A stretch of 63,430 nt of DNA, the filler included, from Barthelona sp. PAP020 (lineage: Eukaryota), in assembly GCA_040182905.1 (NCBI GenBank). It is 7 parts of 7 records of this genome, joined end to end, with 100 filler letters (N's around TTAATTAATTAA, not from the genome) between each part and the next. Parts side by side here need not be neighbours in the genome. Positions count along the whole stretch, not along the records: positions 36,466 to 45,411 come from JARQWU010000437.1; positions 45,512 to 54,423 come from JARQWU010000438.1; 5 more parts are not named here. One strand, 5' to 3'. Of this stretch, positions 43,155 through 53,431 are shown piece by piece. Made by a program: the position numbers and the translations under genes. The notes below the pieces were generated by a model, which saw nothing but the letters and a program-made list of their open reading frames with translations, was not told where the DNA came from and did no database searches. Numbering within the stretch: the first letter of the stretch is position 1; the number at the start of each line of letters is the position of its first letter.

Positions 43155-44426
43155 TCAATTGTAGAAGGGCTGGAGAAGTTGCACAATTTTGGAATGGCCA
43201 TTGGTTCTGGCAATATCCATAGGGGTCCACCTTTGTTGTACTTTGAGATTTACATCGGCTCTATGTTCTAATAGAAGTTTGACAATGTCAAGATGACCAT
43301 TTTCACAACTGATGTGCAATGGAGAAGCACCATAATTTGTACACAGATTAACATCAGCCCCATAATCCAAGAGCATTTTGGCAATATCAAGATGACCATT
43401 ATAACAACTAATAAACACTGGAGAAGTGCCATCATTTACACACAAATTAACATCAGCTCCATGATCCAATAGCATTTTGGCAACATCAAGATTACCATTA
43501 AAAGAACTAAAGTACAACGGAGAAGTAGCATCATTTTTACACAAATTAACATCAGCCCCATAATCCAAGAGCATTTTGGCAACATCAAGATAGCCATTGC
43601 AACAACTGATGTACAATGGAGAAGCACCATCATTCATACACAAACTAACATCAGCCCCATGATCCAAGAGCATTTTGGCAATATCAAGATGACCTTCTTG
43701 ACAACTAATGTACAATGGAGAAGCGCCATAATTCTTAGACAAATTAACATCAGCCCCATAATCTAAGAGCATTTTGGCACCATCAAGATGTCCCATTTCG
43801 CAACTGATGTACAATGGAGAAGCACCAGAATTCCTGCACAAGTCAACATCAGCGCCGTAATCCAATAGAATTTTAGCAACATCAAAATGACTATTTCGAC
43901 AACTGATGAATAATGGAGAAATTCCATCATTCTTAGACAAATTAACATCAGCCCCATAATCCAAGAGCATTTTGACACCATCAAGATGTCCTATTTCGCA
44001 ACTGATGTACAATGGAGAAGCACCAGAATTCCTACACAAGTTAACATCAGCATCATGATCCAAGAGCATTCTGGCAACATCAAGATGACCTTTTTGACAA
44101 CTAATAAACAATGGAGAACCACCATCATTTTTACACAAATTAACATTGGCGTCAAAATCCAACAAAAATTCAACAACTTCAATTTGCCCATTAAAACAAG
44201 CTCCCCAAAGCGATGTCCTTCCTTCCTTACCTTGTTTGTTCACATCAACGCCAGCTTTAATACATTGCTTGACAACTTCAAGATTACCTTCAAGCGCTGC
44301 AAAATAGATCTTCTTTGGTTGTTCTTTTTCAAATCCATCCACATCGAAGCCATCTGGAACAACAACTCGATCCATGTTATACTTAATATAAGGGTCAGTT
44401 TCCTCAACTGCAATGTTAACAACCAT
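43155..44426 (-). CDS. Ankyrin repeat protein (~11-12 repeats)
   Basis: 33-aa units GASPLYISCxxGHLDxAKMLLDxGADVNL. Confidence 0.95.
   Translation of the reverse strand: MVVNIAVEETDPYIKYNMDRVVVPDGFDVDGFEKEQPKKIYFAALEGNLEVVKQCIKAGVDVNKQGKEGRTSLWGACFNGQIEVVEFLLDFDANVNLCKNDGGSPLFISCQKGHLDVARMLLDHDADVNLCRNSGASPLYISCEIGHLDGVKMLLDYGADVNLSKNDGISPLFISCRNSHFDVAKILLDYGADVDLCRNSGASPLYISCEMGHLDGAKMLLDYGADVNLSKNYGASPLYISCQEGHLDIAKMLLDHGADVSLCMNDGASPLYISCCNGYLDVAKMLLDYGADVNLCKNDATSPLYFSSFNGNLDVAKMLLDHGADVNLCVNDGTSPVFISCYNGHLDIAKMLLDYGADVNLCTNYGASPLHISCENGHLDIVKLLLEHRADVNLKVQQRWTPMDIARTNGHSKIVQLLQPFYN
43250..44230 (-). repeat. 99-bp tandem repeat array encoding the ankyrin units
   Basis: Recurrent ttaacatcagccccataatccaagagcattttggcaa(c/t)atcaagat at 99-nt periodicity. 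Confidence 0.92.
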
Positions 44427-45273
44427 TGTCGGTAAAAAAAATGAAGAACCCCAAAATTTATCATTTCTCTTTGGATATTCAATATTTATCCCTCAAATCA
44501 GGCGTTATTTTAATTTAGTTGTCGGGAAAATGAAATTTGATGATTGATTGACTCGTTTGTGGAGAACTCTTCACAATATTAATTAATTCTTGAGATTTCC
44601 TTTTTCGAATTGATGCAGCGAATTAAGCTTTTGATATTGATTTAAACATTGTGAAAATGTCGCACAATTATGAAAATTTGTCATGATAATGTTTGTTCGA
44701 ATATTTTTTTCAAAAGACATTCTTCCAATTTATTTTTACAGATTTGTTGATATAGTGATGGTATTGACATATTTCTGCTCACAAAATACACAAATTGAAC
44801 TTGCAACTGTGCGATGTATATCCATCAAATGTTTTTTTTTTCTTGAATCGAAGAAACCTTTTTCACTTCTTCAATGAGCCTCTTATGTTGTTAATGTGAC
44901 AACCTTCAATTTAAATAAATAAAGGCAACATCATTTATAATTGTTTTTTGTTCTTGTTGGGTTGAACTCCAACAATCAGTATCGTAACAATAAGAAAAGA
45001 TAAAAGTGGCATGAGACTTTGGTGTAGTGTGGGTACAAACTAACACAGAGAAAGAAGACCTAACAGTCATTTCTGTGAATTTTGGTCAAACCTCATGGTC
45101 TGAGATCCAAACTGAAAGTACATTGTGTGAATCCAGATTATGTGGTTGGGAAAGAATTCCTGTCTTTTTTTTTGTTGATTTGCCAAATACAAAATCACAT
45201 GGTTCCAATTTTAACTTTTGGAGAATCGAATGTTTTAACAGATCAATCAGGCCTCGAAAATTTTTAACCGAAT

Positions 45274-45411
45274 AATGTGGAAGTTCATGCTCAATGAACG
45301 GAAGTTATTGGAGATATAAAGAGGTCATCAAATATCACTCCCTTTATTTGTTGTTTCTTGACCATCTTTAGGTCCAATTTTTTAAGTTACTTGGGCATCT
45401 GAATCCACGTG
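45274..45411 (+). repeat. Dispersed repeat, copy A (runs off contig end)
   Basis: 127/138 identical, ungapped (manual alignment), to the reverse complement of 51689-51826. Confidence 0.93.
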
Positions 45412-45511
45412 NNNNNNNNNNNNNNNNNNNNNNNNNNNNNNNNNNNNNNNNNNNNTTAATTAATTAANNNNNNNNNNNNNNNNNNNNNNNNNNNNNNNNN
45501 NNNNNNNNNNN
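45412..45511. other. Artificial contig linker
   Basis: N44-TTAATTAATTAA-N44. Confidence 0.99.
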
Positions 45512-46537
45512 CTTACCATTTTCCCATTTTCCAAATAATTCTCCAATATTTGGAAAGGTAATCACACCTTCACCATGTTTCACACTATTAAACCATTCAC
45601 CCTCATAAATGATTCCCTCATTATCAATAAATATTCCTGTTCCATGTCTTTTATTATCCAACCAATTGCCATCATATTTGTGACCTTCTTGATACAGCAA
45701 AATTCCTGGACCTTTTGCAGAACCTTTGTAAAATCCTCCTTCAAAGACATCCCCATTTGAATACTTAATAACACCTTTTCCATGTCTCAAACCTTGACTC
45801 CAATCTCCTTTATATGTGTCTCCATTGGGAGATTGGTAAAAACCCTCTCCATCAGCCAAATCATTTTTCCAAGTTCCTTTGAAAAACTCATTGTTACTCT
45901 TCTGTAATACACCATAGCCCTCTTTACAATCATTCACATAAGAACCCTTATAAACATCACCTGAACAATACTTATAAACACCTTCTCCATTCATTTTTCC
46001 ATTCAACCAATCTCCTTCATAAACAGATCCATCAGCATATACATAACGACCTTTTCCACTCATTTGATTATTTTCCCAATGTCCTTCATATGTTTCAAAA
46101 GGTTGTTTATTGTCATCAACATAAATCATTTTTCCTTGACCATGACGTGCATCATCTTTCCACATTCCTTCATACACATTACCTTCAGGATATGAATATT
46201 TTCCATGCCCATTCATTTGATTGTTAGCCCATTGACCAACATAAATTCCTCCATCATTGAACATAAAAGTACCCTGACCAGATATAGTACCGTTGACAAA
46301 ATCACCTTCATAACAATCTCCATTTGCATATTTTGCAATACCATGACCATTAGGAAAATCATCTTTCCATTCACCTTCATATATTGATCCATCAATGTAA
46401 GTATAAGTACCTTTCCCATGACGTACATTATTTTGAAATTCCCCTTCATATGTTTCATTGTTGACATATGTAATTTTTCCCTTGATCATATTCCCATCTC
46501 GAACTATTCCAGAATATGTTACTTCTCCTGCACTCAT
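45512..46537 (-). CDS. MORN repeat protein (3'-truncated)
   Basis: Tandem YEGEWKDDxxxGxG units throughout. Confidence 0.95.
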
Positions 46538-46880
46538 ACTTTAATTCTTGATAAAAAGGATGAACTTTGATGAAATATGGTTAAAAATCTTTGAAAAGAA
46601 AATTTTGTTTTTATCTATAAAGAAAAAAATTGTTTTAATATTTATTATTCAAACACTTTGATTAAGGTGATATTCAGAAGAAAGAATGATTTGATAGAAT
46701 AATTGTAAAATATTTTTTTTGTGTTCTTCACATCAATAAAAGTTAATGACATTGTCAATCTTTCTTAAATATAAATGAGAACGCTAATTCTTAGCTTTTG
46801 TTTTATGTCCATTTTTTCTACTTTTTTTTACAAGAGTTTTTCGATCTATTTCAATAGATTACGATTTGATTTTTATATAT

Positions 46881-49800
46881 ATGAGTGTAGTGACCTTTCC
46901 CATATCATTATCAAAAGAGCAAATCAATGAATATCAACACAAGTTGTCTCAAATAGCAAATTGTCAATTATTCTCTTCATATGATCAGACTAAAGAATTT
47001 GATGAGTTTTTTTGGAACAATTGTAATTCATTATTGAGAATTTGTTTGACAACTGAAGATGTTTTTTCTGATAATTATAATTTTTCACATTCTTTAAAAT
47101 TACAATTGTTAAAAGATACAATATCAAGACATTGTGACAGGAAAATTGCTGTTGCTAGTACATTTATGAATATTATTGAAAAATTTTTTATTCTCAATGA
47201 TATTGATTATATTTTTATTGATGATATGAATGTTGATGCATATTTGAGTTCACCAAATAAGTTTGGAAGTGAAAAACTTGATAAAAACAAATTTATTCAT
47301 CCAATTATTTTATTTGATCCAACCACTTCTTTATTGAATGAGTCATTAGAAGATTTTAATTTAGAATTAGATGCAGATTTAGTGATAATTCCTACATTTT
47401 TAATTGATTTTGATTTGACCCAAATTCCTAGTTTGTTTGTTGAAGAACCTGAAATTGTTCTATTTTATTGTGCCAACACTGTTGAGCATTTTTTGGTATC
47501 TTTGCTGGAAAATGATTATTCAATGGAAAATTTGAATGCCACTCAATTGTTATGGGGTCTTTTTTTCGGTGGGGATATTTTGGGCCAACCTTTAAAAAGA
47601 AACGAAAATTTCCTTGTTTCATTAAATAAAATGGTTGGGAAAGATATTGATTCTGTTGTTATTGATTGGTTGAAAAAAAGTTCTTTGACCAATGTTCATT
47701 CAAATGCTTTTTGGAAAGATGTTCAATTAGATTGTGTTATTCGACAAACAAATAGTAGGTTTATCAGTGTTGAATATGATTTTACTGAGCCAATGTTAAT
47801 TGGATCAATTGGTGGAAATTTTGAAGTTTTAAATGCTATTTCTGATATTAGAATCGGTATAAATTATTCTGACAATGAATTTGAGTTGTTTGATGAATTC
47901 AGTGTTCAATATCAACCAGATGAAAGTCAATCAAAAATATACTTGTTGACGCAAGGAAAAAAACTAATTATTGACTTCGCATTCCCAATGTTTAGCCCTA
48001 AAAAAGGAGGTAATGTTGAAGATTTATTCAATCCTGAAGATATTTTCATAAGTTTGCATCCAATTTCTGCTTCAGTTAATGGTATGACGAAAGATTTGTC
48101 TGAATTATTAAATAGAAGAGAAATTACGGATAACAACACTTTAAGAACAATTTATGTGTTGTTAGCTGTGTCTGTTCAAAACAGAAGACCTATTCAAGCA
48201 GTTGAATTCTTAAGTTTAGCAGAATCTTTATCAACAGGATCTATTTTAATGAATATGGGTGCTCATTCCAGTTCTAAAAATGTAAGACGTGGTTCTGGTT
48301 CAAGTATTGATTCCGTGTTAAAGAATAAACCTAAATCAAGGCCAAATTCCGCTTCATTTTCGGAAAAGACAAGAGTTAGACCCAATAGTGCTTCAAGAAC
48401 CAGATCACGTTCCTTAAGTAACAGCAGTGTTAAAGTTAATTCACCCAAAACTCCCACAAATACTCTTGTAAATACACCTGAAATGCAAACTGTGAATTCT
48501 GTTGTTGAAACTGAATCATTATTTGGTACTGCTGAATTAAGGTTGCTTGAAATTGGTATTACAAAGGTATTTGATGTTTTAACTGAATTAGAAATAGAAA
48601 TTGGTGGTACAGATGCTCTTTTTTCTTATATACACATGTGTTTATCTGATATACGACCTTATTTAGTTGAAGCGGCTGCGTTAGTATGTGTTGAATTGTT
48701 ACAAAGAGTGTCAATTTCCTCATTATTATCAAAATTAAATGATTCTTTGGTGGCTGCAACATACGGTATTTCTTCCCAATTACTTCTGAACAGCACATTG
48801 GAAGGATCCCTTTTACAAATTGGAAAACCTACTTTTATCACTTCATCATTTATTCCTTTATTTGATTGTTTATTGACTCAGGCCATGAGATTACCTTCAA
48901 AGGAATTAACAAAATTTTTGGAAACAGTTGCTGAAGGAATTGTTACTCCCATACCCCTTTCCATTAGAATTCAACTTTTAAGGATATTAGGTTCATTAAT
49001 ACCCATAGTTCGACATCCTGAATTACCGGATGCTTTATTTAGTGTGTTATTTTGTTGTTGTTTAATTGATATTGATGATATTGATAATATTGATGAGTAT
49101 TTTGAGAAAATAATGAAAGATATCGTTTTACATGGTGTTATCAGGGTTTTTCGAACCAGTTGTCCATCTATGTTATTGCAATCTTCTGGAGATGTCATTT
49201 TCAAGAGCTTTTGTAGTAGCTGTCAAGTTGTTTTACAAATTATTTTAAAAAGAAATTTTGCCTGCATTAAGAGTTACATTGTTAAAGTTGGACTTCCTAC
49301 TTACTTTAATTTTGTTGTAACAAATCGTTCCAGAACATTAAAATGGTTAGATTTCATGTTTAATGATGAATCTTTGATGTATCTTTCCAATGAAGATATG
49401 ATAAGTATTTTGGAAGATCTTTTACTTGCGTTTAAAGGAATGCTTGAATGTGATAGAAACCCCGAAAACAATATCGAATTGAATCAAAAGGAAGAAATGC
49501 AAGCAGATTACAATGAATTGAAGGAGGTTGAACAAAATGAAGCATTAAAGAAGTTTAGTAAGATTTATTTTGTGTTGTGTTCTTACGTATCTCCTTCTCA
49601 AAGTAAAAAAGACAATTATGAACTTAAATTTGCCAATATTTTAATTGATATGATTTTTGCTGGAAATATTAGCTTTTGTTTATACATCTTAAATACCTTT
49701 GGTGATATTTTAGTTAAAGATCAATTTGCATACGCTACATTAAGTGAATTTGTAAATAGTGTATTTAATACCATGAAGAATGGTATTGATATTCATACAA

Positions 49801-51497
49801 TCTTAGTTTTATCTGATCTTTTAGAGATTCGATTTGAAACTATTGAGCAATTGAAACTGTTTTTTATGAATGTATATGTTCATCAAGGATATGATTCTTT
49901 TGAAAGCATATTGATTACCAAGATAATTGCCAGACAAGATTTGTTAAACAATATTGATTTGAATGAGCTTTTACAAATCGATATTGATTTTGCCAAGCAA
50001 ATTGAAATATTATTACTGATTTTAAAGCATAATAACTCTTTAAAAACAAAGGATAATTTTTTAGCAATCATTGAATTTTTGCGATTAGAATTGGATAATT
50101 TCCTTTCAATTGAATATGCACGTTTATTCAAATTTTTAAACAGTTCCTTTTTGAATTTGTTGGAAAAAGAAATTCGAGAAGAAGAAGAAATTGTTTCAGC
50201 AATTATAGAATTGATTACCATGTTGATTCATGCAATATTTATTGAATTTGATGATTATAAACATATAAACATTGTAGAGAATTATTTTGAATGTTTTGAA
50301 CAATGTATTCAAATTATTGTATGCAGTCTTTCTTCCACAACAACTGTTACAACTACTGCTGCTGATAGTTCCAGTACTTTTGACATTCAAATTCTTGAAA
50401 AAGAAATATTGAATGAGTACATTGATGGTATTAATTTGAGTTGGTTTATTGAAGAGATGATTATTCAATTGTTTGAACAATGTTGTGATTTATTGGTGAC
50501 AAGTTCACAATTGACTACAATTATTGGTTTTATCATCAGTTTGATCAAATTAATTGAATTATTTAAAACTAGCAATCAATTGATTTCCTCTTTAAGAATA
50601 ACATGGTACAGAATATCAACTTTATTTTTCCCGATGAATCAAAAACCATTAACAATTGAAAGTTATGAGTCTATTAATTTCTATTTTGGTTTACATATTT
50701 TAAATGCTTTCAGTAAAAGACCATTAGCATATTTGATTGGTAATAGAAATGAATTGTTGGTTGTTTTACTCTTTGCTAGAAAAAATTTAGATTTATATCC
50801 TGATGAACTATCAATTTTAGGTTCCATTTTGAAGAAAAATTTCCCCTCCTTAGGTTTACAAATGAACATCAATAGACTATACCCTTGTTTTGAATTGGAT
50901 GATAATAAAACAACAAATGAAAGAGTTAATTTATTGAGATTAGCTGATATGTTTCAATTAACTACCATTGAAAATTTGAATGTTGAAGACAATAAACATT
51001 CCCCTGCATTGTCTGCGTTAGTTACTGAACAAAGACTGTTTTTACCTCAAAGACCACCTTCACGCGCTGGTGGAGAAAGACCTCCCATTGAATCTCAATC
51101 AAATATCATCAAAAAACCAATTTTTTTAAGTGATGATGAAGATCGTTCAAACGAATTCGCTGAATTGAGTGATATTTTTGATTTTGAAGATCGAAAATTT
51201 CAAGAATTGTCAAATACTCAAAAACAAGAAATGCAAAATCAATTGGATAATTGTGAATCGTTTACACCTGACTCAAAATTGGGTGACCTTTTATTTCCAA
51301 AGAAAAAATTAAATGGTACTAGCAGTGACAGTGATTCTACCGATTATCATGGTGATCAAAAACAGCAGACTCATATAACATTCTCAAAAGATCAAATAAT
51401 TGATTTTTCTGATGATGAAAATGTGTCTTCTTCTCAAGAAGATGCATTGCCACAAGATTCTGATGGTGATTCTTCATATTATTCAGATGGTATATGA
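46881..51497 (+). CDS. Large hypothetical protein, likely alpha-solenoid (HEAT/ARM-like)
   Basis: 4.6-kb uninterrupted ORF, L/I/F-rich and helical, with S-rich disordered inserts. First ATG 46881. Confidence 0.85.
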   Translation: MSVVTFPISLSKEQINEYQHKLSQIANCQLFSSYDQTKEFDEFFWNNCNSLLRICLTTEDVFSDNYNFSHSLKLQLLKDTISRHCDRKIAVASTFMNIIEKFFILNDIDYIFIDDMNVDAYLSSPNKFGSEKLDKNKFIHPIILFDPTTSLLNESLEDFNLELDADLVIIPTFLIDFDLTQIPSLFVEEPEIVLFYCANTVEHFLVSLLENDYSMENLNATQLLWGLFFGGDILGQPLKRNENFLVSLNKMVGKDIDSVVIDWLKKSSLTNVHSNAFWKDVQLDCVIRQTNSRFISVEYDFTEPMLIGSIGGNFEVLNAISDIRIGINYSDNEFELFDEFSVQYQPDESQSKIYLLTQGKKLIIDFAFPMFSPKKGGNVEDLFNPEDIFISLHPISASVNGMTKDLSELLNRREITDNNTLRTIYVLLAVSVQNRRPIQAVEFLSLAESLSTGSILMNMGAHSSSKNVRRGSGSSIDSVLKNKPKSRPNSASFSEKTRVRPNSASRTRSRSLSNSSVKVNSPKTPTNTLVNTPEMQTVNSVVETESLFGTAELRLLEIGITKVFDVLTELEIEIGGTDALFSYIHMCLSDIRPYLVEAAALVCVELLQRVSISSLLSKLNDSLVAATYGISSQLLLNSTLEGSLLQIGKPTFITSSFIPLFDCLLTQAMRLPSKELTKFLETVAEGIVTPIPLSIRIQLLRILGSLIPIVRHPELPDALFSVLFCCCLIDIDDIDNIDEYFEKIMKDIVLHGVIRVFRTSCPSMLLQSSGDVIFKSFCSSCQVVLQIILKRNFACIKSYIVKVGLPTYFNFVVTNRSRTLKWLDFMFNDESLMYLSNEDMISILEDLLLAFKGMLECDRNPENNIELNQKEEMQADYNELKEVEQNEALKKFSKIYFVLCSYVSPSQSKKDNYELKFANILIDMIFAGNISFCLYILNTFGDILVKDQFAYATLSEFVNSVFNTMKNGIDIHTILVLSDLLEIRFETIEQLKLFFMNVYVHQGYDSFESILITKIIARQDLLNNIDLNELLQIDIDFAKQIEILLLILKHNNSLKTKDNFLAIIEFLRLELDNFLSIEYARLFKFLNSSFLNLLEKEIREEEEIVSAIIELITMLIHAIFIEFDDYKHINIVENYFECFEQCIQIIVCSLSSTTTVTTTAADSSSTFDIQILEKEILNEYIDGINLSWFIEEMIIQLFEQCCDLLVTSSQLTTIIGFIISLIKLIELFKTSNQLISSLRITWYRISTLFFPMNQKPLTIESYESINFYFGLHILNAFSKRPLAYLIGNRNELLVVLLFARKNLDLYPDELSILGSILKKNFPSLGLQMNINRLYPCFELDDNKTTNERVNLLRLADMFQLTTIENLNVEDNKHSPALSALVTEQRLFLPQRPPSRAGGERPPIESQSNIIKKPIFLSDDEDRSNEFAELSDIFDFEDRKFQELSNTQKQEMQNQLDNCESFTPDSKLGDLLFPKKKLNGTSSDSDSTDYHGDQKQQTHITFSKDQIIDFSDDENVSSSQEDALPQDSDGDSSYYSDGI

Positions 51498-51536
51498 ATA
51501 TTCAAATGGCATGTTGGAATTAAAGAAAAAATAATT

Positions 51537-51583
51537 AAAAAAAAAAAAAAAAAAAAATAAAAAAAAAAAAAAAAAAAAAAAAA
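51537..51583 (+). repeat. Genomic poly(A) tract A21-T-A25
   Basis: Longest homopolymer in the window, starting 39 nt after the 51497 stop. Confidence 0.9.
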
Positions 51584-51688
51584 GATTGAAATATGTTAAT
51601 ACTTTCAAATATTGTCATTATGTAAAATTGTGTAGTCTTTATTTTTCGGGCAATCTTTATTAGATATTTATGAGGTATGGGAAAAACT

Positions 51689-51826
51689 CAAGTGAATTCA
51701 TATGCACAAGTAACTTAAAAGAATGGACCTAAAGATGGTCAAAAAACAACAAATAATGGAAGCGATATTTGATGACCTCTTTATATCTCCAATAAATTCC
51801 GTTCATTGAGCATGAACTTCCACATT
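51689..51826 (-). repeat. Dispersed repeat, copy B
   Basis: Reverse complement matches 45274-45411 with 11 substitutions. Confidence 0.93.
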
Positions 51827-52065
51827 TGTTCCCAAAATTTGTTCTTTCTTTTTTTTTAAAGCTACCACACACACTTTGCCACTTGAATTTTGGGAAAACA
51901 AATCTGAAAATGGATATGAAATTACTAAAAAAAATCTCCAGCATTTTTCCAAGCAAATCAACTTATTTTTTCAGTGTCTAAATTGACATCAACACAGGTG
52001 AAACAAAAAAAACATTGTTTGCTATTTCTTTCACAAACAAATTTACAAAAATGTATCAAAACAAA

Positions 52066-53385
52066 TTAATGCTCTTCATTTCTTTTCATTTTTATATTGC
52101 TGAACACTTTATACATTTCAAAGAACAATTTTTGTCTTGTTTTCAATGTTTTGACATATAAATACCTCTCATATCTAATATTTAATTCTCTTTCAAGATA
52201 AAAAAACTTTTTCCAACTTTGTAAATATGCTTTGGAAATTTTTCGAGATTCAAAACATTGAAATATTTTCAAAAAGCAACATTGCTTTACTAACTTATTA
52301 TTTGTATGTTTCCAGATGATATATTTTCTTTCAGTAGTTATTGCCAAATACGCACTTTTAAATTTTCTTAAAATGACTGATTTTTGAAATGGAATGACAA
52401 ACTTTTGATAATTTTCAAACGTTCTTGTCAACTCAATCCAATGATTGAACGAGTATTGCATATTTCTCCTCAAAACAAAGTCTTTTTGTTTGCTCATCAA
52501 ATCACTCCAATAAGCCAATGAAAAACGCCAACGATTGAATACTTCCCTCATTCTTGAATTAACAAAAAAATTTGTCGCTATTCCTAACAAATTCTTTCTG
52601 TAAACAACTTGCAAATGATATGAATACCACATTTTAAACAAATTTACATGCCTGTCTTTAATCCTAATCCATCTCCACCAACAATGAAGGCTGTTTTTCA
52701 TCTGCACTAATTTATTCCTTTTCTGCAGTTCATAACAGGAAAACCAACTTTTAAAATAATTTCTTTTGCGTATTTTCATCATTTTTTTTTCTCTAAACAT
52801 TAACAACCAAACGGAAAATCCTTCATTCAAGTGAAAATGTTGACGAAATAGCATGATAACTTTTTGCTCCAATCTTCGTTGCAATATTATTTCTCTCCAT
52901 TCAATAAATGTTTGTTTCGTTAAAAGAACTGAATATCGAGCATTTACAAAACTGTTGAGGATACGTTGAAAATCCTCAAAATGTTTCCTTGAATTTTTAG
53001 CTTTTAACCACCAAAAAGCAAAAATTTGTCGCTTTCTATGATTGACATCAACATAAACACGAAGATTCAGTCTCCAAAAAAAATAATTCTTATACAACAA
53101 GTTTTGTTGATATATTTGTAATAAATATCCATTTTTTTTGTTTAAATCAATATGAAAAAATTTCCATTTCAAAAAATATCGTATCATCAAGTGATGTTCA
53201 TGTTGTTTGATAAATTTTAAATATTTCCTGGATAATACTGTTTTGTATCTCCAGATACGCAGATATTCCGCATTTTTTGATCGCTCAACATTGATAAACA
53301 ATAAATTTTTCCATTTAATGAAAAAAGAACACAATATTCGTTTTCTTTGTATCGCAAATAACCCAACTAATGGACTAACATACAT
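52066..53385 (-). CDS. Sfi1-like centrin-binding repeat protein
   Basis: Periodic FxxW(K/R) motifs (FFIKWK, FLKWK, FIEWR, FNRWR, FNHWI). First in-frame ATG 53385. Confidence 0.75.
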   Translation of the reverse strand: MYVSPLVGLFAIQRKRILCSFFIKWKNLLFINVERSKNAEYLRIWRYKTVLSRKYLKFIKQHEHHLMIRYFLKWKFFHIDLNKKNGYLLQIYQQNLLYKNYFFWRLNLRVYVDVNHRKRQIFAFWWLKAKNSRKHFEDFQRILNSFVNARYSVLLTKQTFIEWREIILQRRLEQKVIMLFRQHFHLNEGFSVWLLMFREKKMMKIRKRNYFKSWFSCYELQKRNKLVQMKNSLHCWWRWIRIKDRHVNLFKMWYSYHLQVVYRKNLLGIATNFFVNSRMREVFNRWRFSLAYWSDLMSKQKDFVLRRNMQYSFNHWIELTRTFENYQKFVIPFQKSVILRKFKSAYLAITTERKYIIWKHTNNKLVKQCCFLKIFQCFESRKISKAYLQSWKKFFYLERELNIRYERYLYVKTLKTRQKLFFEMYKVFSNIKMKRNEEH

Positions 53386-53431
53386 ACATTCCCAAAGAAA
53401 AAAGAAAAAAGAAAAATGTCGAAACAACGAT

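Noticed and set aside
43250..44230. CRISPR-like periodic repeats
   Set aside because: The 99-nt period is in frame and encodes ankyrin units; there are no unique spacers or cas genes, and the DNA is eukaryotic.
22030..46760. TGACA/TGTCA words in several upstream regions
   Set aside because: A 5-mer too frequent in AT-rich DNA to call without a statistical test.
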